This document shows, one piece after another, positions 38,591-51,886 of a stretch of DNA of 64,000 nucleotides; position 1 is the stretch's first letter; each line of letters opens with the position of its first letter. The stretch lies in NCBI RefSeq assembly GCF_009914755.1, contig NC_060937.1; one strand, 5' to 3'. This DNA is from the human T2T-CHM13v2.0 reference genome, Homo sapiens. A program made the translations under genes and the position numbers. The notes under the pieces were generated by a model. The model was not told where the DNA came from and searched no databases. It worked only from the letters and a program-made list of their open reading frames with translations.

Positions 38591-41500
38591 TTTTACTCTT
38601 CCATTGTTCCTCTCCTCTCATGTTTACTCTGGTTATTTTATTTAGTTGTTTTTTCTATTATGGTAATTCAAGGGAACAATGTAGACAAAGTGAAGAAGTA
38701 GAGTGAATAGAACACTAATTATCTGACAGTTAATACCTATACCTAGTAACTGCTGAAAATCTCACCTTATACATCAACCATAACTTACTCCTTTGCAGAT
38801 ACTCATTTTTGGAAGGGGAAAGTAAACTTCCTTTCTTTTAGTTTCCATCAGCAATTTGTAACTGCTTTATGTTTACATAATTATAAATTATTGTAACTAA
38901 GAATGAGTTGTTCCTATGCAATTTTAACTTAAGAAATAATTACTACTAAAGGTTTGCTTATTCACTGTTTATTTGCTGCTATTTAGCTAAGGAGAGGGCT
39001 GTGGTGGTAGCCCTAGCAATGAAGAGGGAGCCCTGAATCCAAGAAATGTGATATTAGTAGAAATTGTAGGGCTTGAAAAATAATTAAGTATTCAGTAAGA
39101 AATCACTATATTTGTCAAAAATATATATTATGTAGATGTTACCTGAATTACTATGTAAAGGTTATTTTGCAATATAAGTATACTTATATACTCCAAAATT
39201 ACAACCACTTTTAGTGAAAAAATTACTATATCAATTTCCTAAACACTATATTTTAATTTTTAAAATAATGAATATTATACTTTTTTGGTTCCCCCTAACT
39301 TCTTGGGGAGTTAGCTGTAAACAAAATAATGTTTCTAAATATATTTCAATAAAGCTAGCAATATATACTTTTGAAATGATTTATTCATATATTTCATCTA
39401 AAGTACCGAATTTCAGTACAAAAGCCCTTAATTCATACATAATATAAATATGAAATACCTATGTCCCTCATTATTTTACAAGATACAAAAAAATTTACTA
39501 AACTCTGGTAGTGTTTTATAGAAAAGAATTAATGTAACTAATATTCTTTTCCCACACTCCTCTGCTCTTTATGTTCCTCTACAGAACCAGCAGCTGAGCC
39601 ACACAAAGGACATGTTTGACAGATAAAGAACACTGATGCCAAGGTCTGAAATAAATTTTTTAGCATTAACATCTGTGTCTGTGCAAAGCTCTTGGCTGCT
39701 TTCTTCATTTGATGCTTGGATGGGTCTGTTAGATCTGTTGACTCCACTGCTAACCATGCTAATATCTGTTTAGCAGGCTCTGGTGACCTGCCCACAAAAT
39801 CAGACATTGATTAAACTATTTTAAAAGTCCTATCTTTTGGAATTTGTCATTTTTGTTCCTCTGAATGACCTATGTCCACAAGAATTTGTCCTCATTTTAT
39901 GAAAAGCACACTAAGGAAAAATTATCTATATTTTTCATGTAGAAGTAAAGAAAAGTACAAAGCACGCATCCCTAAGATAATCTCAAATCATTCTCTGTAT
40001 CTTTGGATGATTCTTTTTCACAGTGCCTCAAAAGTAAATTACCACAAGCCAAATTTATTTCAGTATTAGGAAATTAACTGATTTATAATTTCTTAATTGA
40101 ATGTCAGGCAATTACATTTTAAAGGAATTTATTTTCATTATTATTAGAAGTTCATACATATTACTTTTGGAGATACAGGACATATATTCCAGGAATTTGC
40201 AACAAACTCCAAACATTGACTAAATCAATTTGATCTGATCATATTACAGAGATATTTTCATATACCCTGAAAAACCCAAATAATTCTCATTTAGCAAAAA
40301 ACATTTTTAAATATGTTTGCACAGATACATAAATATAGAAAATGTTCTTCCATGTTTTTGCCAGAATGTGCTCAATTTAGTATTTTAATAAAATGTGAAT
40401 AAATAGTTCTTTAAAAATGGGTACTTTCAAAATTTTATGCAGGTTTTTGAGAGTTATATAAACATTTTTATCAAAATTTCTCAACACTGTGCAAGATGAA
40501 AAATCAAAGGTTTATATTAATGGTCCAATTCAGGAGAAACAATTTGCTCTAAAATATTTAACTGCTATTGGATTTTGTATGCAAGAGAAAAAACTCACTT
40601 AATGTTTCTGTTCAGGCCCAGATTTTCTTTTGTTCTGTGAACTTATGTATGTTTTAATTTCTTACATCTAAGTAGTAAACTGAGTTTTATTAATTGTATT
40701 AGGTTTTCAAATAATAATCATAAGAACGTGAAACACAAAAACAAGACACACACAAACACGGGCTTGTCCAGAGCAATTCCCCAGTACAACGACCTCTCCA
40801 AATTTGTTGTTATTTATCCCATGAGTGGAACAGACTTGTAAAATAATTTTATAAACCTTGAAGGTTGTTATGATTGAACATTGTTATAAGCACATAGTTG
40901 GGTCTTCCCAACACACATCTCTACCATAAAATTTCATTTAGACAAATATAAACAGTTGTTATTTTTCAAATCCAAATTTAAAAATATAACACAGTGATGA
41001 AGGGGCATGTTGTATACCTTAATCTAATCCCTAAAGACTAATTAGGCTTTAGCTTTAGTGCTATTCAAATTGGTTTTTATGTGCTTAAGTTATTTGAAAA
41101 TATCGTCTTCCAAAGTGTAGAGAAATCACTTGGATGACATTGCAAACTTCTGATGCCAAGCTGGGAAAATTTCTTCCAAAGACAGCATCTGGTTCTTTGG
41201 CAAAATCCATTGGTAGTTTTTCTGCACATCTAGGTCTGTTATATGGCTGGCTGCTTTTAAGGACCAGTTTCTAGTTTACTAAAATGAAGGACTATATAAA
41301 TCACTGAGGAACTCTGTGATGCTGATTTAAGTACTAGTTTAAAAACTAAGGCTCCATATATGAGACAAGTATAACACTGACGGCTGTATGCTGATATACT
41401 ATCATGAACATCTGTTTCTGCAAGTGCCTGTGACTGTCTAAATGTGTAGGATGAATAATCATATTATATGTTCTATAAAAAATTTGAAAATCATTAATAT

Positions 41501-42528
41501 TGTTTGAAAATATATTCTTCACACATTCAGAGTTAATTGAGACACATCAAACAGAAAAGAGTTTTCAGGAGCTGCTCTTTCTACTGATAATGCTATTGAT
41601 GAAGTGAGTCAAAAAAAATTTCTGTGATGTGAAGTAATATTAATAGTTTAGCATATTTCTGTATTTTCCAAATACACCATATGTGAATATTATTCTTCAG
41701 GATACTGAATTCATAATCAACAGAGTGGTTATAAGACAGAATTATTTTCTCTCTGGGTAATTATAATTAATGTAATTCACTAATTTCTGATATAATGATA
41801 AATAAGATGGCATACAAAATAAAGGTTAATTTATTAACATCTCCCCCCACCCTTTTTGGTAGTTAGCTTTTTCCTGACTTAAAAAGAAATAAAAATAATG
41901 AGAAAATATATGAACAAAGTTTTGAAGGTATTTTTATGGTAATAGTTTCCTTCTCTAGTATTTTATCTATTGTCACTGAGCTTTTTCTCTGTAAGAGCAA
42001 TTATTCAGATTTCCCTATACATTAATTTACCCTACGTTTTTTCATTGTCTTATATTTATGAGAAACTATTCCAAGCCCTGGAGATAAAACTCAAATATCA
42101 GGTGATCCCAAGGTAAAGGAACTTGTACATAACAACATTGAAATGGGGCTCAGGAAAAGAAGGAATAGCTAAAGAGGATAGCTTCAATAAATGTTGACAC
42201 ATAACATAGTAATTATAGTTTAATTGTGAAGGGATCACAGACAATCAGCTAATTTTTCTTGATAAGTCAGGGAGAGTTTTAGTAAGGAGGTGCTATTTGA
42301 CTAAGTTCTGAAATAATGTAACAGCTTACAAATAAAAAAGAAAAATACTTAATGGAAAATTCCAGAAAATTTGAAAAATAAGTTTAGAGGGATGAGTTGT
42401 AAAAGGATATGGTATTCTTAAAGAAATTTGGTTTTCTTGCTGCACACACACACACACACCCTGCTCTAGGAGAAAATTAATATTTTTCAGCATAAAGGTA
42501 AATGGATGAAATAAATTTAAACTTAATA

Positions 42529-44684
42529 CAAGCATACCTCAGAGATATTACAGTACAAATCCAGACCACAGCAATAAAACAAATATCACAATAAAACAAG
42601 TCACACAGTTTTTTTTTGTTTCATACTGCAGCCTATTAAGTGTGCAAAGGCATTATGTTTAAAAATGTGTACATACCAACATTTAAAAATTCTTAATTGT
42701 TATAAAAGGCTAACAATCATCTGCACCTTCAATGAGTCATAATCTTTTTGCTGATTATGTCAATGGTTGCTGACTGATAAGATGGTAGTTGCTGAAGGTT
42801 GGGCTGTGCAATCTTTTAAAAAGGAAAACAATGAAGTGTGATGTATTGATTGAGTCTTCCTTTCATGAAAGATTTATCTGTAGCATGCAACACTATTTGA
42901 TAGCATTCTACCCAGAATTAGTCCTCTCAAACGGTGCCACTGCTTTATCAACTAAACTTATGTAATACCCTAAACCATTCGTTGTCATTTCAATAATGTT
43001 CACAGCGTTATTACCAGGAGTAGATTTCATCTCAACAATCACTTTATTTTCTCATCCAGAAGCAACTTCTCATCCATCCAGTTTTATCATGAAATCACAG
43101 CAATTCTGTCGCATCTTCAGGCTTCACTTCTAATTCTAGTTATCTTGCTATTTCCACCTCATCTGCAGTTACTTCTTTCACTGAGGTCTTGTACTCCTCA
43201 AAATTTTCCAAGAAGATTAGGATGTACTTCTTCTAAACTTCTGTTACTGTTGATATTTTGAACTCTTCCCACGGATCACAAATGTTTATAATAGCATCTA
43301 AAATGGCAAATTCTTTCCAGAAAGTTTCCAGTTTAGTTTGCTCAGACCCATCAGAAAAATCATTATCTATAGAAGCTAAAGCCTTACAAAATGTATTTCT
43401 TAAAATACAAGACATGAAATTTAAAATTACTCCTTGATCCATGGAGTACAGAATAGATATTGTGTTCACAGAAATGAAAACATTAATGTCTTTGTACATC
43501 TGCATCAGAGCTCTTGGGTGACTAGATACAGTGTCAATAAGTAATAATATTGACAGTAATATCATGAAAGAAATCTTTTTTTCTGAGCACTAGGTGTCAA
43601 AAATGGGCTTAAAATAAATATTCAGTAAACCATGCTATAAGCTGATGTGATGTTATCTAGGCCTTGTTGTTTCATTTATAGAGCAAAGGTAGAGTAGATT
43701 TAGTATAATTCTTAAGAGTCCTGGGATTTTGGGAATGGTAAATGAGCATGGCTGAGACTTAAAGTCAATAGGTGATTTAGCCCCTAACAAGACAACACTG
43801 AAACCAGACATTGACTTCTCCTCTCTTGCTATGAAAGTCTTAGATATCTCCTTCCAATATAAGGTTATTTCATTTTCCTTGAAAATCTGTTGGTTAGTGT
43901 AGCTACCTTCAACCATTATCTTATCTCAATCTTCTGGATAACTTGCTACAGCTTCTCCATCAGCATGTGCTGCTTCATCTTGTACTTTCATGTTGTAGAG
44001 AGGGCTTCTTTCTTCAAACTTCATGGTTTAACCTCGGCTAGCTTCAAACTTTTTGTGTGTATCATCCTTACCTCTCACAGCCTTCACAGAATTTAAGAGA
44101 GTGAGTGCCGTGCTCTGAATTAGGCTTTGGCTTCAGGGAACGTTGTGGCTGGTTTGATCTTCTAACCAAATCATTAAAACTTTCTCCACCTCAGGAACGA
44201 GGCTGTTTCATTCTCTTACCATTTGTGTGTTCACTTGAATAGTACTTTTACTTTCCTTCAAAAAGTTTTTATTTTTATTCACAACTATGTTAACTGTTGG
44301 GCTCAAGAGGCCTAGTTTTCGGCCTATCTCAGCTTTTCCAAATGCCACCCTTACTAAGCTTAATTATTTCCAGCTTTTGATTTAAAGAGAAAGATGTGGA
44401 ACTCTCTTTATCACTTGAACACTCAGAGGCCATGGTAGAACCCTACTATTAACTGCTAATAATAGTAGTTAATAATAACTACTATTAACTGTTAACTATT
44501 AATTTTAACATTTTCATGTCTCAGGAAATAGGGAGTCCCATAGGGAGGAGGAGTGGTGGGGGATGGCTGGTAGGTGGGCCAGTCAGAACACACATAGTAT
44601 TTATTTATTAAGTTTGTCATATTATATGGGCTAAATTCATGCCACCCTAAAACAACTACCATAGCAGCACCAAAGATCACTGAT
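42529..44684 (-). mobile_element. Tigger1, missing ~200 bp of its 5' end
   Basis: TA-caagcatacctcagagatatt terminus; colinear with the 12499-14868 copy; stops abruptly at the L1MA. Confidence 0.92.
43233..43916 (-). pseudogene. Tigger1 (pogo/CENP-B-like DDE) transposase remnant
   Basis: MDQGVILNF...[29 protein letters not shown] and TFIAREEKSMSGF match Tigger1/TIGD1-type transposase; fragmented. Confidence 0.85.
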
Positions 44685-47600
44685 TTAAAATTGGAGAAAG
44701 ATGGATAAATATAAGGACCCAGTGCTCACCTTTTCCCAAAGAAGGATCAAAACAGTGAGTAGGTAACCACCTATCAAATAGACCTTCTAAGAGAAAACAC
44801 TAGAATTCAGCAGAGAAGTGACTGGGAACCTCTGGGATATAAAAGGAGAAGGAAGTGAGACAGCATGCCTGGCTGGGATCAGTCAGGAGCCAAGAGAGAC
44901 TACGCTTTATGGATAAAAGGTAAACAAGAGATCTCTAGCGGTCCACATTCCCATCATGGACTCCTGCAATCCTAGTCATGCGGGAGCTCTTTGACCCTCA
45001 CAGGCCCTGAGACTAGCAGAGGAAATTCCCTGGAGTCCACACAATGGCACTGTTCCACAGAGGGAAATTGTGTTGGATCCCACACACTTCCTGAGGCCCA
45101 AGAAGCTGCAGCCTGGTGCTATTTTGGGAGCTCAGCTCCCACCAGACTACGTCCTGCCCTGGGACCAATAGTTCTACATCTCCATATTCCTAGAGCCAGC
45201 CAGGCTGACATCCTCCCACATCCAACCAGGAAGCTACTTCCATTGCCAGCAGCACTTGTATGCGTTGTCTGGGAGCCTGGAGATTAACTCACCCTGCCCA
45301 CCACCACCAGTGCCCGTGCACATTGTCTGTGGTTCTGAAGATAGGCCTGCTTCTCCTACTACTTGTGCCACAACTACACAGATTATTCAAGTGCCTGGGG
45401 ATCTATCTGCCCTGCTCACTCAATGCTGCTGCCTGCAAATACTGTCTGGGGGCCTAAGGATAGGCCCATCCTGCCCACCACCACCTGTCCATGTGCTTGC
45501 TGCCAGAGGCATAATGATGAGCCCATCCATCTTGCCAATGGCAGCTATGCAAACCTCCTGGAGACCTGGGTACCAGCCGACCTACAATATTGCATGTACC
45601 CCTGATGTCTGTATATGTTACATAGTGGTCCAAGAGTTTGTTTACCACCACCACTGCTGGCACCGTGGGTACCCAAGCATCCTGTACAGGAAGTCCTATC
45701 CAGAGCAATCAGGCAAGAGAAAGAAATAAAAGGCATTCAGTTGGAATACAGGAAGTCAAATTGTCTCTCTTTGCAGATGACATGATCTTATACCTAGAAA
45801 AACCTAAAGAATCTACCAAAAATTCTTTAAAATGATAAACAAATTCTCTAAAGTTGCAGCTTACAAAATCAACATACAAAAATTAACAGCATTTGTATAC
45901 ATCAATGAAAAACTAGCTGAGAAAAAATAATCTTATTTATAATAGCTACCAAAAAATCTAAGAATAAATTTAATCAAGGGAGTGACAGACCTCTACAACA
46001 AAAACTACCTGGCACTGATTAATTAAATTGAAGAGAACACAAATAAAAATACTCATGGATCATAAACAATAATGTTAAAATGATTATATTGACAAAGCAA
46101 TCTATAGGTTAAATGCAGTCCCTCTCAAAATATCAGTGAGCTTCTTTACAGAAATTGAGGAATAAAAAACTCCTAAAAGTCATAGGGAATTGCAGAAGAC
46201 CCCAGAAAGCCAAAGAAATCCTTAACAAAATATTCAAAGCTGGATAGGTCACACTGCGTGTTTTTAAAATACATTACAAAGCTATAGTAACCAAAACAGC
46301 AGGATTTGCAATAAAAATAGACAAATAGGTCAATGGAAGACAATAGAGAACCCAGGAATAAGTCTATACATTTACAGTCAACTGATTTTTGATAAAGGTG
46401 TCCAAGAACATACATTAGGGAAGATCAGTCTCCTCAATAAATGGTGCTGGGAAAATGACTTCTTTGCAAAAGAATGATACTAGATACTGTCTTTCAACAT
46501 ATAAAAAACTATCTCAGAAAAAATCACCTCAAAATGTGATAAAGACTTAAATGCAAGACATGAAATTATAAAATTAATTTAAAAAAACAGTGGAAACACT
46601 TCAGGATATTGGTCTGGGCAAAGATTTTATAGCTAAGACTTACTTCAAAGATTCCGGCAATAACAACTAAAATAAATAAATGAAACTATATTAAACTAAA
46701 TAGCTTCTGAACAGCAAGGAAAACAACAGAATGATGAGACAACCTGTAGAATTGGAGAAAATACTTGCAAACTCTTCATCCAACAAGAGACTAGTATCCA
46801 GAATATAAAAGGACCTCAAACATATCAACAGCACACAAACAAACAAAAAACCCACACATAATCCCACTAAAAATGGCTACAAACCTGAATAGCCATCACT
46901 AAAAAGAAGATTTACAAGTGACCAACAGGTATATTTTAAAATGCTCAACATTGTTAATTATCAGGGAAATGTAAATCAAAGCCACAATTACTGCACCCCA
47001 GTTAGAATTACTATTATCAAAAAGACAAAACAAAATTACAAATGCTGAGGAGGACACAGACAAAAGGGCACTCATACCCTGTTGGTGGAAATATTAATTA
47101 TTAGAGCCATTAAGAAAACAGTTTGATGGTTTTTCAGAAAACTAAATATAGAACTACCAACAATCCAGTAATTCCACTACTGGGTATTTACCCAAAGAAA
47201 TGGAAATCAGTATATCAAAAGAATATCTGCACCCCCATATTTATTTCAGCACTACTAATAATAGCCAAGCTATGGAATCAACCTAAGTGTTTTTGAATGA
47301 ATGAAAGAATAGCAAAATGTGGTATACCTACACAATAAAATACTATGTAGCCATAAAAAGAATAAAATTCTGTCATTTTCAACAAAAGAAATTGAACTGG
47401 AGGACATTATTTTAAGTGAAATAAGCCAGGCACAGATAAATACGTAATACTTGTGGTCACTCACACATGGGAATTAAAAAAAAAATCTCTTGACGCTAGT
47501 GAATAGAATGGTGGTTACCAGAAGTGGGGAAGGATAGTAGAAAGATGAGTATAAAAAGGGATTGTTAAATGGGTACAAACATGGAGTACGTTCTAGTGTT

Positions 47601-47712
47601 TAATAGCATAGTAGGTAGCTATAGTTGATAATGATTTATTCTTTTTCCAAAATAACTAGAAGATTCCAAATGCTCTCAACATAAAGAAATGATAAATATT
47701 GAAGGTGATAGT
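44685..47712 (+). mobile_element. L1MA-type LINE-1: 5'UTR joined directly to the ORF2 C-terminal half and 3'UTR
   Basis: aagatgg 5' start with L1M-type UTR; junction near 45684 to ...ggaagtcctatccagagcaatcagg (KLSLFADDMILYLE); L1MA 3'UTR. Confidence 0.85.
45266..45660 (+). repeat. Degenerate ~58-bp tandem repeat of the L1MA 5'UTR
   Basis: tgtctgg..cct..ggat..gcc..cctgcccaccacc units at 45266, 45324 and 45443, with more diverged units between and after. Confidence 0.65.
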
Positions 47713-47898
47713 CTTCCTGTATAATTTATTGTTTTGTTTCAGACATTGACTAAGATTACAAGAGTAAAAAGAAGTCATTTTATTTTTTTCTCGTCATAAT
47801 AGTGTTTGCATTAATTTATGTTTCAAACCATTTCATGAAATATTTTTCAATTTAATAAATTGCTTTTTCCTTACATGTTTTCTCTCTATACACACAAA

Positions 47899-48026
47899 TG
47901 ATGTAAATGTTAATTAGCTTGATCATGGTCATCATTTTACAATGTGTATGTATATAAAAACATTGTGTGGTATTCCATGAATATACACAATTTTTATTTG
48001 TTAATTATACCTCAGTAAAATAAAAA
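47899..48026 (+). mobile_element. L1MA8/9-type 3' terminus
   Basis: atgttaattagcttgatcatggt...tttttatttgttaattatacctcagtaaa. Confidence 0.75.
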
Positions 48027-48274
48027 GAGAAGTCAAACTCATAATGATCGTATTTTTGTAGTGTTTTCTAGTAGCATTACATTAAAGATCATTCTATAAT
48101 TAAATCTATTGAATATAAAATATTTTGAAGCATATATATTGTGTAGGAAAAAAGTTCATGTTCAGATGGTTAATGAAAATATACAATTAATATAATTTTA
48201 ATATTTCCAAAACTTAAAAATTTAAATTCCACTTGTTTTTCTACTTCACAATTCATTTTTAATATTCTTTATAA

Positions 48275-48515
48275 ATAGTACTAGTAAACATCAAGTTCCT
48301 TGTTAAGCACTTTACACATGAACACTCATTTAATTCTCACAATAAGCAATGAGGTAGGTACTTATATTTAATCCCCATTTTGCAGATGAGAAAATTAAGG
48401 TGTAGAAATGTCACCTAACTTGCTGATATTTGCACAGTTAACAGTAGTAGAGCAACAGTAAAACCCTCTCAGGCTGTCTCCAGAGTTCATGGTGTTTACA
48501 TTTACACTATTACTT
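48275..48515 (-). mobile_element. MIR
   Basis: ctcatttaattctcacaa...gaggtaggtact...ccccattttgcagatgagaaaattaagg core. Confidence 0.85.
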
Positions 48516-49453
48516 ATTGATGGATTACAGATAACTACTCTCGAGGTTGTCCTCATACTAGCACAAAATCCTGGTTTAAAGTTCATTTGGAAAATCCTTG
48601 TAACTTGGGAAAATTTTTTTTATATTCAGTAAAAATCTTTCATCTTGAAAAATTCACTGTGAAACACACACACAAGAAAATCAACAATGCATAAAAAGCC
48701 TAAAAAAATTAGCTCTATACTCCTGAATTTGTGCTTGTACTTATTTATTTTAGTATATGTCTTCTAATTGTTCAAGAAAAAAAATCAGGATTTTTAATCC
48801 TTATGCATTCACTGATTTGGAAAATGTAAAGTGATTGGCTTGGAAAATTATTTAAAATGTCAAGTAGTTTATGTTTTATGGGTTTTCTCAGTGATTTTTC
48901 CAGGAGTGTATTCATACATAATTATAAACTTTCAAATGTTGACATTATACTAGACCTTAACATTAAAACATCCCTCATAATATATGTAATGGGATTGAGG
49001 AGTGGCGAAAATTGATCAGGGGAGTAGAATTGTGCAATATCTTCTCCTAAAAAAAGAAGAAAAATAAAATTATATTAAAAATGTATGTATTTTAGATCTC
49101 TATTTCAACAAAAGTAGTTTTATGAACCACTTTTTATTAATGTAAGTTATGTTTGTGTTTTTCTGTTCTTTAAAATGAAACATTATTCCTTTAGTCCTTA
49201 GCTTACAAAAATTTTAAAATTTTCATGGGGATACCTTCGATAAAAAATCAGAACCATCAAATAACCCCATGTTCCACTTTATACTAAGCAGTTTGAAGAA
49301 GGAACACTATTTTCAGAAAAGATGTTATCTTTTTTTGCTTGGTGATTGTTACTATATTTGAGAGCAAATAAAGAGGAAAGAGTGAATATTATACTCATTA
49401 AAATAACAGCTCAATATATAGGTCAACCTGTGATTGATTATATGATGAAAATA

Positions 49454-50653
49454 CCATACATTCTCATTGAATGCCATCAATTGATTCATGGAAACTGAAA
49501 CTTAAAGCAAACTTAGGTGTAACACAACCAATTTTACCATGGGTTAATTGACATCAATAAGACTTAAGTGTGTACATCATATTTCTGGTCACAAAAGCAT
49601 CACCAAACTTTTAAATAAAGACTCAAAATACTTCTAATTTTAAATACGAAAAAAATGAGAGCTACAAATACATTTAAGGTAGAGTAATAAAAACAACTAT
49701 TTATTCCATTTCTGACAAATCAGCAAGTGATAGCAGTCATAGTGGTGGTAGGTTAAATCAAGAAACACATGTTTGCAAAGTAAAAGTTTTAAGGAGCACA
49801 CAGTTCATTTCAAAAACAAACAATAACAAATATGGCAGGCTCACTGAGCACTTTCATACCACATGATTTATCGTTATGCATTTGGATGACTATTGTGTAC
49901 CTTATAAATTTTTATTTTATAATCAGTGATATCCATTCATTTTTCTTTTTTTTATTATACTTTAAGTTCTGGGGTGCATGTGCAGAACGTGCAGGTTTGT
50001 TACATAGGTATACACGTGCCACGGTGGTTTGCTGCACCCATCAACCCACCATCTACATTAGCTATTTCTCCTAACTCTATCCCTCCCCTAGCCGCCTACC
50101 CCTCGACAGGCCCCAGTATGCGATGTTCCCCTCCCTGTGTCCATGTGTTCTCATTGTTCAATTCCCACTTACGCTGAGTGAGAACATGTGGTGTTTGGTT
50201 TTCTGTTTCTGTGTTAGTTTGCTCAGAATGATGGTTTCCAGCTTCATCCATGTCCCTGCAAAGGACATGAACTCATCCTTTTTTATGGCTGTCCCTTCAT
50301 TTTTCAACCCACTTATTACAGTTCAGATTCTCAGGTGTCTGGACCATATTCTTGAATTTCAGAGGCAAGACCAGAACCCACCCTAGACAGGAGGCCATGC
50401 CGCCCCAGGGTGCACTCACACACACACTCCACACTCACTCAGACTGGGACCGTTTAGATATGTCTGTCACACATAATCTGCACATCTTTGGTGTGTGGGA
50501 GGAACCAAAATACCTGGAGAACACCCACACAGTCATGGGGAGAGCATTCAAGCTCCACAGACAGTGTTCCCAGCTGCGAATCAATTTTCTGTTTCTCATC
50601 AACCTTATAACAAAATGACCTTGAATAAAATATTACTATTTGAGAACCTGGTG
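49454..50653 (-). mobile_element. MER6 (TcMar-Tigger) element, split by L1PA7
   Basis: gcacatctttggtgtgtgggaggaaccaaaatacctggagaacacccacacag...; end tttgagaacctggtg-TA; ~850 bp once the L1 is removed. Confidence 0.85.
49946..50291 (-). mobile_element. 5'-truncated L1PA7 (3'UTR portion)
   Basis: ttattatactttaagttctgggg...; TSD tcc(a/c)ttcatttttc at 49932-49945 and 50292-50305. Confidence 0.92.
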
Positions 50654-51193
50654 TATATTATTTTGAAATAGCAAAAGATAGTGTTTTCAAATTTAATGTA
50701 AATAGCATCATCAGCTTAAAGATTTTTTGATCTTCACAACGCATTACAAAAATCATTCTTTAAATATATCCATACTATGGAAGTCATTTCATTGTAAATG
50801 TGTCATTTCCAGAGTGTGCAGATTTAAATATGCATTAATGGTATTACAAGGATGTGTCTCAGACATCAAATGAATTAACTTTGACAGATTGTAATTGGCA
50901 GAACTGACACCTTTGTTGCAAGCAGACCTTCTGGCTTCGTTCATTAGTAAAGTCCTTCAGCAGATACAAAATGTCTTAAATTTGGTAAAATCGTCTTGCA
51001 CTTTAGTTAATTACCTTTTTATTTATTGATTTCATTTTGAAATAAAGAATAAACAGTAAAAATAGTTAACAACAATAGCTTTTTTGACACATTTAGGTTC
51101 TAATCTGATTATGAAAATATGATTTCTTTTCTTTCTATAATTTTGATACAATCTCACTACTACACTGTAAAAATGTTTTAAAATACTAATATT

Positions 51194-51362
51194 GGCTTGA
51201 TGCAGTTACTCATACCTGTAATTCCAGCACTTTGGGAGACTAAGATTGGAGCATTGCCTGAGTCTAGGAATTCGAGGCTGCAGTGAACAATGATTGTACC
51301 ATTATACTCCAGCCTGAGCAACAGAGCAAGATCCTATCTCTAAAAAATGATGATAATAATAA
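51194..51362 (+). mobile_element. Monomeric AluJ/FRAM-like element
   Basis: Left-arm start (cagcactttggga) followed by right-arm end (gaggctgcagtga...ctccagcctg); TSD tactaatatt / taccaatatt. Confidence 0.85.
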
Positions 51363-51689
51363 ATTACCAATATTGAATCAGAAGTGAATAGGCTTTTCAT
51401 AATTTTTGAATTCTAGAACTAAAAACAAATATATAGTAATTAAAAATGTATTGATATTTGTAATTTCATCTCAATTAAAATGACAAAAAAGCACACTTAG
51501 GTAATATTATTAAACTAAATATATTTAGATTGCGTTGTTTGGCACTATTATTATTTCTATTGCTAAGTCAGTATCAGCCAAGACAGTCCTAGAAACTAAA
51601 TAATAATGATATTTTAAAATCATACAAAACCTTCATCTGCAATACCAACTCAGGAAGACTCATCTGGCCAGTCTTTGGCTACTCTCAGT

Positions 51690-51691
51690 TT

Positions 51692-51722
<31 letters not shown>

Positions 51723-51836
51723 ATAGATATATATAGATAGATATAGATATATTCACTGCACTATATATATTATATATTATAATTCTATATAAAATATAGA
51801 ATTGTATATAATATATTATATAATATATATTATATT
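51690..51836. repeat. (TA)n/(TATAGA)n low-complexity microsatellite
   Basis: tatatata...gatatagatatagat...tatattat. Confidence 0.9.
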
Positions 51837-51886
51837 GCATAGTAAATGCTAAGCTCAATACATGACAGTTCAAAAATGCTTGCTGA

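Noticed and set aside
45266-45660. ~58-bp periodic array with overlapping ORFs
   Set aside because: Intrinsic tandem repeat of L1MA-type 5'UTRs
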